Source: the human T2T-CHM13v2.0 reference genome, Homo sapiens
Strand: one strand, 5' to 3'
Length of the DNA: 64,000 nt
Assembly: GCF_009914755.1 (NCBI RefSeq)
Contig: NC_060947.1
Positions 1-15,780 of this stretch are shown piece by piece (positions within the stretch are counted from its first letter, which is position 1; each line of letters begins with the position of its first letter). The notes beneath the pieces were generated by a model. It searched no databases. It worked only from the letters and a program-made list of their open reading frames with translations, and had not been told where the DNA came from. The position numbers and the translations under genes are program-made.

Positions 1-2424
<2,424 letters not shown>

Positions 2425-2425
<1 letters not shown>

Positions 2426-4075
2426 TATGGCTACCACCCTTAGAACTGTGCTGGGTCTTACCTGAAGCCAGAACAACAGTGGAACTCACCCAAAGCGTGC
2501 TTTAACCACTCCAAGGCTACTGTCGATGTTCACTTAGGGCCCTGGGGAACTACGATCAGCAGGTGGTAAAGGCAGCCAGGTCTATAACCTTGCCTTCAAG
2601 GTGGCAAGTTCTCCTAGGCCCCAGGGAGGTCCAGGAGGCAGGGACTAGAGTAAAGAACCTTAGAAGTCTGCCCGGTGTTCCACTGTATTGCAGCTGAGCT
2701 TGTACTCAAACCACAAGGCACAGTTCTTCTTACTTTTCACTTCTCTTTTTTTTCAAAGGCAGAGGAGCCTCACTCCATGGCCACTACAACGACGGCTTAT
2801 GGGGAGTACTGGCAGACTACTGCTAATATTCTTTTAAGGCCCAAGAGGTCTTCAGTCAGCTTGTGGTGAATGTAGCCTGTCCTGGCACTCACCCTTCAGA
2901 AAAGTGGTCTCCCTTCTGTCCCAGGCCAGGCCAGAAATTCTGTTGAAGAGCCACATCCTGGAACCGGGAATCCTAAAAGCCCACTTGGTGCTTTAAGCCC
3001 ATATTGCCAAGCTGGCACCTAAGGTGTAAAAGAAAGTCCCCTTTGCTATTTTCTTTACTTTTCTCAAGCAGAAGGAATCTCACACCATAGCCACCACAGC
3101 TGAGAATATGCTGAGTCTCACTGGAGGTCAGCAAGTATCAACTTCTTACCTAAGTCCCTCATCGTAGCACCTGGGTACTGCTGCTGTTTGTTCAGGGCCC
3201 AAGGACTTTTTAGTTAGCAGTTGATGTGTATTGTATGACTGACTTCTTCCCTTCAAGGCAGCAGGTTCAAGATCTGTCTAGAAATGTTCAGGAGCTAGGG
3301 CCTAGAATAGGGGCCCCATGACTTTGTCTGGTGCCCTACCCTGCTGTGGCTGAGCTGGTATCCAAAATGCAAAACAGAATTCCTCTCACTCTTCTTTTTC
3401 CTTTTCTTAAATATAACAAAGAGGTCTCTATTGGAGCTGTGAAATGAGCAGCCTGGGGTTAGAGGAGGGATGATGCCGGCACTCCATTAGCCTCCCCAGC
3501 TGGTATCTCAGTAGTCATGTAGTCACTGTTTCTGGGCCCAGTTCAACCCTAGGACTCACTTAAGTGTTGCAGGCCTTGTGGCCTAGACCACCTTTCAAGT
3601 TTATTTTGGACCCCAGAGTACTTTAGTCTGCAATAGTGTGGATTGCAGGAACTCAAGTTCCAATCACTGGGGTCAGCAGTTCCTCTCTGGCTAGCACTGG
3701 CTTAAATGTGTCCTCTGTGAGTGTTAGCTGAGTTTGGTTTGGTTTTGCTTTCTGCTATAACAAGGGCAGCACTGAGTTCAATGCCTCACAATTGCTGGCT
3801 TGTTCTCTCCCCAAGGAACACAAACGCTCTCTGCACCATGCAGCTGCTGTCAGGGTATACTCAAGGGGTGGCATCAACAGTTGAAGACTCCTTTTCCTAC
3901 CTCTTCAGTGCTTCTTTCAGCAACATAAAGTTAAAACCCAGTACTGCGAGTGCTCATTTGATTTTTGGTTCTTAAGAAGGTGCTTTTTTGGGGGTGTGTG
4001 GCTAGTTGTTAAATCTGTGTCCTTACAAGGGGGATGATTGATGGAACCTTTTACTCTGCCATCTTGCTCCACCCC
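2425..4075 (-). mobile_element. L1 5' UTR (L1MA/L1PB-age), antisense
   Basis: GC-richer segment ending in ...ctctgccatcttgctcc, the reverse complement of the ggagcaagatggc L1 5' terminus. Confidence 0.7.
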
Positions 4076-4721
4076 TTCTCTTATATTATCTATCTCTTAA
4101 CAGGATGCTGTGGTTTACTGTTTTTGATAGATTCATCTTTTAGTCTTCATACTAGATATATGAACAGATTGCACACCACAATTACTATATTAGAGAATTT
4201 TATATTTGTTTGTGTACTTGTTTTAATAGTGACTTTTATATATTCAAATGTTTTCTTATTGTAAATTAGCTTACTTTTCTTTTATGTTGATTAATTTATT
4301 TTTAACATTTCTTGTAAGGCAGGTCTAGTGGTGATGAATTCCCCCAGTTTTTATTTGTCTGGGAAAGACTTTATCTTACCTCCATGTTTGAAGAATAGTT
4401 TTGCTGGTTACAATATTACTGATAGGCAGAGTATTTTTTTCTTTAGCACTTTGGATATGCCAACCTCCTCTCTCCTGGCCTGTATAGTTTTCATTGAGAA
4501 GTCTGTTGCCAGATGAATCTGAGTTTTTTTATATGTTGGTTTCTTTTACCTTGCTATTTTAGAATCCTCTCTTTGTTCTTGAGCTTTGCAATTTTAATTA
4601 TTACACGCCTTGGGGTAGTCTTATTTGAATTTAATCTTCTTTAATCTCTGCCTTCCAGTACCTAGATACTTATATTATACTCTAAGTTCAGAAAGTGTTC
4701 TGTTATTATTTCTTTGAATAA

Positions 4722-5123
<402 letters not shown>

Positions 5124-6081
5124 GGATACTTTTTATTCCTACTGATTCGCTTTCCTTTCTCTTCTCTGATAGTAAATTTTTTATATCCTGTCTTTGTGCT
5201 CACTGATTTTCCTGCTTGATTCATTCTACTGTTGAGAGCCTCTAACGCATTTTTTTTTCAATTTAGCAAATGTATTTCTTAGTTTCAAGATTTCTGTTTG
5301 ATTTTTTACAATGTTTCAATCTGTTTTTTGAATCTCTCTGATAGATTTCTGAATTGCTTTTCTGTGTTATCTTTGAGTTGCTGAGCTTCTTTAAAACTAC
5401 TCTTTTGAATTCATTATGTGAGAATGCACACCTTTCTATCTTGTTAGGGTCAGTCACTGACATTTTCCTTTGTCTTTTTGAAGAGGACATAATTTACTGC
5501 TTCCTGTAGTGTGTGTAGTGTGCGTGTGTGTGTGTGTGTTTGTGAGTGTACTTTAATGGCTTCACAATAAAATATTAATTACTTATTCCAGTCTTCACTG
5601 CCTGACTTGTTTTGGTCTTTCTCAGGTATGTTTGCTTAGAGGTTCTCTACAGGTGTTTGTGAATCCTTTAAATCCTAAATTGCTGTTTTCTTTTTGGAAC
5701 TAGATGACACCTTAAGCCCAGGTATGCCTCTTGCAAGTTTGGCTTACTGCCTGTTCCAGATGGTTAGTTCCAAAGGAGATACTTACGCTGTTTTGGAAGA
5801 CTGGCTAAGGATTCATACCTAGAAGATCTATAGAGTGTGTTTTCTACGGTGTGATATTGCTAAACAGACACTCTGATTTGGCAACTTATTTGGCTGAAAA
5901 AAAGAGAAGAGTTTTGCAAGGTTGTGTTTTTATTTCCCCTTCCCCTCTTTGTCTCTAGCTGCCCTCAGGGTTTTTTCTTCTAATAGGCACTAACAGTTCT
6001 CCTTTTGGTTGAAGCAGAGGTGGTTCTTCTGGAGGGAATGCAAGATGGTGAAGAAGCAGGCCCTCTGTCTTCATCTCACTT

Positions 6082-6138
6082 TCCGAGAAACACCCAAGAA
6101 TGATCAATAAATACTAAAAAAAAAAAAAAAAAAAAAAA
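6082..6138 (+). mobile_element. Extremely 5'-truncated SVA (3' end of the SINE-R domain plus poly-A)
   Basis: tccgagaaacacccaagaatgatcaataaatact followed by A23 matches the SVA 3' terminus derived from the HERV-K LTR. Confidence 0.85.
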
Positions 6139-6847
6139 GTGGAATCCATGATTGTGAAAGGAATTTTCCATGCATGATGTCTGGCAAGTTGGGAAAGCAG
6201 CATCAAAAAAAAGAGAAATTTGTTTATCTTACAATTTGCTTGGTGATTTTTATTTCTCTGTTGTCCCAGAGATCATCTCAGTCTCAGATTTGAGTTCTGG
6301 GATTTTGCTGGTTATTGTCTTGGCACTGGATATTTGTTTTTGGTTTTCTATGGGAGGGAGTGAAGCCAGATTGACTCTACTCCACCATTTTGATGACATC
6401 ACCTCCTCTTTCTTCATTCTTGACATTCATAGTTTTTTTGGTCATAATTTCCTCTGTGTTTGAAAAACTTTCTGTAACAATTTTTAGAGCAAATCAACTA
6501 AATTTTTCTCTCCTGGGAATGTCTATTTCTCAAAGTTAATTTTCCCAGCATGAATTATTTCAGACTAAAAATTTGTTGTAATTTCAACCTTTCCTTTTAT
6601 TCAACCAATTGCTCAAGCAAAGTGCTATTTCTCCCTAGATCCTTTCAAGATTCATTTTAAGCCTTTCATTTTCAGAAGGTTTATTGTGGCGTGTCTGTGT
6701 GTGCATTTCTTTGCATTTATCCTTTTTAAAGGGAAACTCATTTTTTTTTAATCTATAGCTTTATGTCTTACACAAAGTGTGGAAAGCTATTATTCATACT
6801 TTCTTAAAAATATTTTTTTCTTGTAAGCTTCTTCAGTGCCCAGGTTA

Positions 6848-7018
6848 GGATCTATATCTATCTATATCTATATTATCTATATCTATATCTCTATATCATC
6901 TATATCTATATCCATCTATCTTTCCAGATATAGATATGGAAGGCTGACACAGACACACACACACATACACACACACATATATGCACATGCAAACAAACAT
7001 ACACATACACAGAGAGAG
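6848..7018. repeat. Compound (TCTA/TA)n and (CA)n microsatellite
   Basis: Directly visible. Confidence 0.9.
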
Positions 7019-7289
7019 TAAACTTAATGTCATGTTCTTGAAGTCTTTAGCCAGTCTTTTTGTTTTGTTCACATTTTAATATTTTGGCACTGATTTTTTG
7101 TGTGCTCTACAGAGATTTTAGCTATAATTATCAAGAGGAATATGGTGGAGTGAGTTGATTTTATCTTATCTGAAATTGGAAGTATGTAGGCCTGTCTGTT
7201 CTAACTTGAATGGGGAAAATTGAGGATGCTGGGTGCCAATTTCTAACAATATTATCTTTTGTACCTGAAATTCCATCAAATCCTTAATT

Positions 7290-8336
7290 TATTACATCAG
7301 CAGATGTGTTTTGAGTATCTAATGCTTTCTAGAATGTTTTATAATTCTCTTGATGCAAATATATCAAGTGAAACACAGGCTCTGCCTGAAAGTGAAATAC
7401 CTAGTGAGTGATATATTCAATAAGGAAATACAGGTGGCACAGAAAACTATCTACCTCAGACTTAAAGAGAAGTCAGAGAAGGCATTCCAAAGTATAATTG
7501 TAAGTTAGAAACTGAAGAGAAGTCAGTTAATCAAATAAAAATTGAGGAAAGAACATCTCAAGAACAAAGAATATTTGTACAATATTATAGATATAACAGA
7601 GTGCTTCATACATTATGGAAATGCAAGTACTTCAGCTTGGTGGAAGCACAGAATGGTGGTGAGGAGTAGAGTTGTATAAATGAAGTTAGAGTGATATGCT
7701 TATAGAACTTAAATAAACTATAGTAAGGAGTTTGTTTTAATGATACAGAGAACCCTTAATTGAATTAAATAGTAGAGTGGCTTGACAGATTTGGCAATTA
7801 GAAATATCTCTTTTAGTTAAAAATATATTGATTATAATGGGCATAATTGAAAGTAGAAGTAATCGGTAGATGCTGAAAATAATAAGAAATAAAGAAATGA
7901 TGGCTCTTTGAATCAGAATAGAGGTGACACAGAGAAGTGGCTAAATTTTAAAAATTTAAGAAGATAAAAATCATAGAATTTGATGATAATGTGTGAGGGT
8001 ATTAGTAGGTGAATATGTTAAAGGTATCATTTACATTGTGTAAATGTATATATGGAAGAGTGATCAAATAATATCATCCAAACTCAGACACTTTTAAGAC
8101 TGAGAGAGTGTGACATTATTAGTTACTCTGGAATAACAGATGTAAACTAGGACTGTGCCAGGAAAATCAGGATTTATTGTCCCTTAGTATGTGGCGGTTC
8201 TAGTAAGAAATGGACATGCTTTTTAAAATAAATTTTATGCTTTGTTTAAAAATTTTAAATCTTAAATGCCTATGGGACACACAAGTAATTAAATAGCTAT
8301 ATTTACTGGTACATATATATGTGTGTATGCATGTAC

Positions 8337-8367
<31 letters not shown>

Positions 8368-8660
8368 GAGAGCTCAGGAGATAGCTATAGACTGGAACTA
8401 TGGATTTTGAAATCATAATCTTATATACAGTAATTGAAGATATAGAAGTAGAAGAGACAGCCCAGAGAAAGTAGTTATAGTGAAAAAAAAGAAGGCTTAG
8501 ATTACAACTTGGGGAAGGCTGCCATTTGTGGAATCAACAGAAGAAAATCCACAGTAAAATAAGGAGCAGTCAGAAAAGGAAGAAAAAGAGAAAAGTGTGG
8601 AAACACAAAAAACAAGGAAAGAAAGTATTTCAATAATTAGTGAGTGGTTAACATAATCAA
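7290..8660 (-). mobile_element. Degenerate L2, antisense, with an internal hAT-type MITE (~8055-8185) and a (GT)n run (~8337-8364)
   Basis: Purine-rich L2-like text; the inner element resembles the MER91/MER96 family (catccaaactcagacactttt...gtaaactaggactgtgccagg). Confidence 0.5.
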
Positions 8661-8662
8661 AT

Positions 8663-8785
8663 ATATTAGTATTTTATCACACTGCTATAAAGAATTATCT
8701 GAGAATGGGTAATTTATATAGAAAAAGACTTAATTGACTTACAGTTCCTCAGGGTTGGGGAGGCCTCAAGAAACTTACAATCATG
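8663..8785 (-). mobile_element. THE1/MST (ERVL-MaLR) LTR fragment
   Basis: cacactgctataaagaa...ggggaggcctcaagaaacttacaatcatg matches a MaLR LTR end. Confidence 0.8.
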
Positions 8786-8786
8786 T

Positions 8787-11700
8787 TAGACAAAGTTTCC
8801 AGAGGAAGGAGCAGGAAGCAATCTTTGCTGTTCTGCAGCCTCCATTGGTGATACCCAGGCAAACAGGGTCTGGAGTGGACCTCCAACAAATTGCAGCAGA
8901 CCTGCAGAAGAGGGCCCAACTATTAGAAGAAAAACAAACAAACAGAAAGTAACAAGATCAACATCAACATAAAACACCCCCCACAAAAACCCAATCAAAA
9001 GGTCATCAGCCTCAAAGATCAAAGGTAGATGAATTCACAAAGATGAGGAAAAACCAGCACAAAAATGCTGAAAATTTCAAAAACCAGAATGCCTTTTCTC
9101 CTCCAAATAATCGCAACTCCTCTCCAACAAGGGCACAAAACTGGACAGAGAATGAGATTGATGATTTGACAGCAGTAGGCTTCAGAAGGTGAGTAATAAC
9201 AAACTCCTCTGAGCTAAAGGTGCATGTTCTAACCCAATGCAAGGAAGCTAAGAATCTTGATAAAAGGTTACAGGAACTAACTAGAATAACCAGTTTAGAG
9301 AGGAACATAAATGACCTGATGGAACTGAAAAACACAGCACAAGAAATTCGTGAAGCTTACACAAGTATCAATAGCTGAATCAATCAAGTGGAAGAAGGAA
9401 TATCAGAGATTGAAGATCATCTTGTTGAAGTAAGGCATGAAGACAAGATTAGTGAGAAATAATGAAAAGTAATGAACAAAGCCTTCAAGAAATTTGGGGC
9501 TAGGTGAAAAGACCAAAGCTGCGATTGATTGGTGCACCTGAAAGTGACAGGGAGAATGGAACCAAGTTGGAAAACACACCTCAGGATATTATCCAGGAGA
9601 ACGTCCACAATGTAGCAAGACAGGCCAACATTCAAATCCAGGAAATACAGAAAACACTACTAAGATACTCCAATAGAAGAGCAACCCCAAGACACGTAAT
9701 CATCAGATTCTCCAAGGTTGAAATGAAAGGAAAATGTTAAGGGCAGACAGAGAGAAAGGTAATGTCACCTACAAAGGGAAATCCATCAGACTAACAGCAG
9801 ATCTCTCTGCAGAAACCCTACAAGCCAGAAGACAGTGAGGGCCAATATTTAACATTCTTACAGAAAAGAATTTTCAACCAATAATTTCATATCCAGTCAA
9901 ACTAAGTTTCACAAGTGAAGGAAAAATAAAATCATTTCCAGACAAGCAAATGCTGAGGCATTTTGTCACCACCAGACTTGCCTTACAAGAGTTTCTGAAG
10001 GAAGCACTAAATATGGAAAGGAAAGACGAGTACCAGCGACTGCAAAAGCACACCAAAATATTAAAACGATTGACACTATGAAGAAACCGCATCAAGTAAT
10101 ATGCAAAATAACCAGCTAGCATCATGATGACAGGATCAAATTCACACATAACGATATTAACATTAAATGTAAATGGACTAAATGTCCCAATTAAAAGACA
10201 CATATGGGCAAATTGGATAAAGAGTCAAAATCCATCACTGTGTTGTAGTTAGGAGACCCATTTCACATGCAAAGAGACACATAGATTCAAAATAAAGGGA
10301 TGGAAGAATATTTACCAAGCAAATAGAAAGCAAAAAAAAAAAAAAAGCAGGGGTTACAATCCTAGTTTCCAATAAAACAGACTTTAAACAAAGAAAGATC
10401 AAAAAAGACAAAGAAGGGCATTACATAATAGTAAAGCGATCAATGAAACAAAAAGAGATAACTCTCCTAAATAAATATGCACCCAAAACAGGGGCACCCA
10501 GATTCACAAAACAGGTTCTCAGAGATATACAAAGAGACTTAGACTCCCACACAATAATAAGATAATAATGAGACTTTAACACCCCACTGTCATTATTAGA
10601 CAGATCAACAAGACAGAAAGTAAACAAGGATATTCAGGACTTCAACTCAGCTGTGGATCAAGTGGACCTAATAGACATCTACAGAACTCTGCACCCCAAA
10701 TCAACAGAATATACATTCTTCTCAGTGCCACATGGCACTTATTCTAAAATAAACTACATAATTGGAAGTAAAACACTCCTTAGCAAATGCTAATGAATGG
10801 AAATCATAACAAACAGTCTCTCAGTATACAGTGCAATCAAATTAGAATGCAGCATTAAGAAACTCACTCAAGGCCAGTTGTGGTGGCTAATGCCTGTAAT
10901 TCCAGCACTTTGGGAGGCCATGGCATGTGGATCTCCTGAGGTCAGGAGTTCAAGGCTAGCCTGGCCAACATGGCAAAACCCTGTCTCTACTAAAAATACA
11001 AAAATTTGCCGGGTTTGGTGGCAGGTGCCTGTAATCCCAGCTCTGAGGGAGGCTGAGGCAGGAGAATCATTTGAACTGGGAGGTGGAGGTTGCAGTGAGC
11101 CGAGATTGTGCCATGGCATTCCAGCCTGGGCGACAAGAGCAAAATTCCTTCACAAAAAAAAAAAAAAAAAAAAAAAAAAAAGGAGAAGAAAAGAAAGAAA
11201 GAAACTCACTCAAAACCACATAACTACATGGAAACTGAACAACTGGCTCCTCAGTGACTACTGGGTAAATAATGAAATTAAGGCAGAAATAATGAAGTTC
11301 TTCGAAACCAATGAGAACAAAGAGACAGTGTGCCAGAATATCTGGGACACAGCTAAAGCAGTGTTAAGGGGGAAATTTATAGCACTAAATGTCCACATCA
11401 GAAAGCTGGAAAGATCTAAAATTGACACCCTAACATCACAATTAGAAGAACTAGAGAAGCAACAGCAAAGAAATTCAAAAGCTGGCAGAAGAGAAGAAAT
11501 AACTAAGATCAGAGCAGAACTGAAGGAGATAGAGACATGAAAACACTTTAAAAAAATCAAGGAATCCAGGAGCTAGGTTTTTGAAAAGATTAACAAAATA
11601 GATAGACCATTAGCTAGATAAATAAAAAAGAGAAGAGAGAATAATCAAATAAACATAATAAAAAATGATAAAGGGGACTCACCACTGATCCCACAGAAAT

Positions 11701-14594
11701 GCAAACTACCATCAGAGAATTCTATAAACACCTCTATGCAAATAAACTAGAAAATCTAGAAGAAATGGATAAATTCCTGGACACATACACCCTCCGAAGA
11801 CTAAACTATGAAGAAGCCGGATCCCTGAATAGACCAATAACAAGTTCTGAAATTGAGGCAGTAATTAATAGCCTACCAACCAAAAAAAAAAAAAAAAAAA
11901 AAAGCCCAGGACAAGATGGATCCACAGCTGAATTGAATGAGAGGTAGAAAAAGGAGCTGGTATCATTCCTTCAGAAATTATTCCAAACAATAGAAAAAGA
12001 GGGACTTCTCCCTAACTCATTTTATGAGGCCAGCATCATCCTGATACCAAAACCTGGCAGAGACACAACAAAAAAGAAGATTTCAGGCCAATATCCCTCA
12101 AGAACATCAACGCGAAAATCCTCGATAAAATACTGGCACCATGATCAAGTAGGTTTCATCCCTGAGCTGCAAGGCTGGTTCAACATATGCAAATCAATCA
12201 ACATAATCCATCACATAAACAGAACCAATGACAAAAAAAAACACATTATTATCTCAATAGATGCAGAAAAGTCCTTTGATAAAATTCAACATCCATTCAT
12301 GTTAAAAACTCTCAATAAACTAGGTATTGATGGAACACATCTCAAAATACTAAGAGCTATTTATGACAAACCCATAGCGAATATCATACTGAATTGGCAA
12401 AAGCTGTAATCATTCCCTTTGGAAACTGGCAGAAGACAAGGATGCCTTCTCTCCCCATTCCTATTCAACATAGTATTAGAAGTTCAGGCCAGGGCAATCA
12501 GGCAAGAGAAAGAAATAAAGCCTATTCAAATAGGAAGAGAGGAATGCAAATTGTCTCTGTTTGCCGATGACATGATTGCATATTTAGAAAACCCCATCAT
12601 CTCAGCCTACAACATCCTTAAGCTGATAAGCAACTTCAGCAAAGTCTCAGGATACAAAATCAATGTGCAAAAATTACAAGCATTCCTATACACCAACAAT
12701 AGACAAGCAGATAGTCAAATCATGAGTGAACTCCCATTCACAACTCCTACTAAGAGAATAAAATGCCTAGGAATATAACATACAAGGGACATGAAGGACC
12801 TCTTCAACGAGAACTACAAACCACAGCTCAAAAACATAAGAGAGCCCACAAACAAATGAGAAAACATTTCATGCTCATGGATAGGAAGAATCAATATCAT
12901 AAAAATGGCCATACTGTCTAAAATAATTTATAGATTTGATACTATTCCCATCAAGCTACCATTGACTTTCTTTGCAGAATTAAAAAAAAAAAACTACTTT
13001 AATTCTCATATGAAACCCAAAAAGAGCCCATATAGCCAAGACAATTCTAAGCAAAAAGAACAAAGCTGGAGGCATCACACTGCCTGACTTCAAACTATAC
13101 TACAAGGCTACAGTAATGAAAACAGCATGGTACCGGTACCAAAACAGATATATACGCCAATGGAACAGACAGAGACCTCAGAAATAACACCTCACATCTA
13201 CAACCATCTGATCTTCAACAAACCTGACAAAAACAAACAATGGGGAAAGGATTCCCTATTTAATAAATGGTGCTGGGAAACCTGGCTAACCATATGCAGA
13301 AAACAGAAACTGGACCCCTTCCTTACATCTTATACAAAAATTAACTCAAGATGGATTAAAGACTTAAATGTAAAACCCCAAACCTTAAAAACCCTGTAAG
13401 AAACCTAGGCAATACCATTGAGGACATAGGCATGGGCAAAGTCTTCATGATTACAACACCAAAAACAATTGCAACAAAAGCCAAAATTGACAAATGGGAT
13501 CTAATTAAACTAAAGAGCTTCTGCACAGCAAAAGAAACTATCAAGAGAGTGAACAGGCAACCTACAGAATGGGAGAAAATTTTTGCAATCTACCTATCTG
13601 ACAAAGGTCTGATATCCAGAAACTACAAAGACATTAAACAAATTTACAAGAAAACAACGACCCCATCAAAAAGTGGAGGAAGGATGTGAACAGACACTTC
13701 TCAAAGGAAGACATTTGTGTGGCCAACAAACATATGAAAAAAAGCTCATCATCACTGGTCATTAGAGAAATGCAAATCAAAACCACAATGAGCTATCATG
13801 TCACGCCAGACAGAATGGCAATTATTAAAAAAGTCAGGAAACAACAGATGCTGGCAAGGCTGTGGAGAAATAGGAATGCTTTTACACTGTTGGTAGGAGT
13901 ATAAATTAGTTCAATCATTGTGGAAGACAGTGTGGTGATTCCTCAAGGGTCTAGAACCAGAAATACCATTTGACCCAGCAATCCCATTACTCGATATACA
14001 CCCAAAGGATTATAAATCATTCTACTATAAAGAAATATGCACACGTATGTTTATTGCAGCACTTTTTGCAATAGCAAAGACTTGGAACCAATCCAAATGC
14101 CTGTCAACGATTGATTGTATAAGGAAAATGTGGCACTTATACACCATGGGACACTATGCAACCATAAAAAAGAATGGGATCATGTCCTTTGTAGGAACAT
14201 GGATGAGGCTGGAAACCATCATTCTCAGGAAAATAACACAGCAACAGAAAAGCAAACACCATAGGTTCTCACTCCTAAATGGGAGGTGAACAATGAGAAC
14301 ACATGGACACAGGGAAGGGAATATCACACACCAGGGCCTGTCAGGGTTTGGGGTCAAGGGAAGGGATAGCATTAGGACAAATACCTAATGCATGTAGGGC
14401 TTAAAACATAGATGATGAGTTGATAGGCACAGCAAACCACCATGGCACATGTATACCTATGTCACAATCCTGCACGTTCTGCCCATGTATCCCAGAACCT
14501 AAAGTAAAATAAAATAAAATAAAAAATAAAAAGTAAAATAATTAACTAAATTAAATAATAAATCAGCATGTCTGTAAAAAAAGAAAAAAAGAAA
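8787..14594 (+). mobile_element. Near full-length but inactive L1PA (L1PA7/8-like)
   Basis: Partial 5' UTR; ORF1 from ATG 9043; ORF2 from ~10127 (MTGSN); RT motif SLFADDMI in ORF 12419..12778; many stops and frameshifts; 3' UTR and A-rich tail. Confidence 0.95.
10872..11198 (+). mobile_element. AluS inserted in L1 ORF2
   Basis: Perfect 15-bp TSD aagaaactcactcaa at 10857-10871 and 11199-11213. Confidence 0.95.
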
Positions 14595-15529
14595 GGCTAA
14601 ATTAGTGTAGTCAAAAATTCCTTTTGATGCCCATCTCTCCTTTCCACTGAAAAATACATCTGTTCTATGCCTTCTCCTACACCAGTGTACCTGATTTTCA
14701 GGAGGTTCACTCAGCACTTTCTTCTCTCATCAAGTAGCCAGCCAGGTGAAGTAGAAAGGTTATTAGAGTGAAAGGGCTGATTTCTAGCTACACTTTAAAG
14801 CTGAATTTGCAACAAGGCCCTTTATCCCTAGGCAAGTTGCTTCACCACTTTTTGCCTGCGCCTCACCAAATAAGGTCGTTAATGTGAAAATTAAAATGAT
14901 CATTTTTATTTTCCATGGGTAGAGTCTTTCATCTCCGGCACTAACAACGTGGGCCTTACATCCTTTCTGGGGAGGTAGTGTTCTGCAACCATCTCTGCTG
15001 GCTCAGTCCCCAGTAAGAAACATGAAATTCAACAACAACCAAAGGAGCAAAATGGTAGTGAGACTATTTCATTCTCAAGCCTTTTGTTATCTGAAACAAT
15101 CAGCTATTTCTAGCCCTACCCAGTAGGCGTTGCCGGGCAGAGGTGAGAAACCCTCATAATCCTGCAGCTGGAGAAAAGAGAACGTTGCCTCCTGTCTAGA
15201 TGGATTACCATCTATTTGGGAGCTTTTTGCAGAGCTAGTATTTCAGAACGGACTGGAATATTTTAATGAAACAAATGGAGCTCTCTACTTGTGAAGCAAG
15301 TTTAAGGGTCTGAATGCCTGGAGAACGTAGTAGAAATATGTGCCTGTGAAGGAAAGCTGGGGAAATCCTGGAGAGGCCAGTGAACAAGCCATGAATATTC
15401 GGAGTGGGATTTTCAAAGCATGATTCTCTGCCCACTACTGGTCTAGGCTGTGTTTCAGAGGACATAAGAGAAGATGTTTGTCAGGGGTCTCATGCTCAAG
15501 ACGAATATCCTAGATACAATAGCAAATAA

Positions 15530-15780
15530 TTTACTAGTGGTAAGTAACAGGGCATAATGTAAACTGTGGAATCAGATTCCTTGGTTTTAAATCCCTGTTC
15601 CATCACAAACTAGAAGTTTAACCATGGGCAAAAAATTTGACCATTGCTCAATGGTGAAATGGATATAAAGACAGTATAACCATCTTTATATGATTGTAAT
15701 GAAGTTTACGTGATATAATATATATTTATATACAGTGATTGGCACACATGAAATTCTCAGCAATTTTGTTATTATAAGCT
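15530..15780 (+). mobile_element. MIR, degenerate
   Basis: MIR core-like text (aaatccctgttccatcacaaactag...tggcacacat). Confidence 0.55.
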
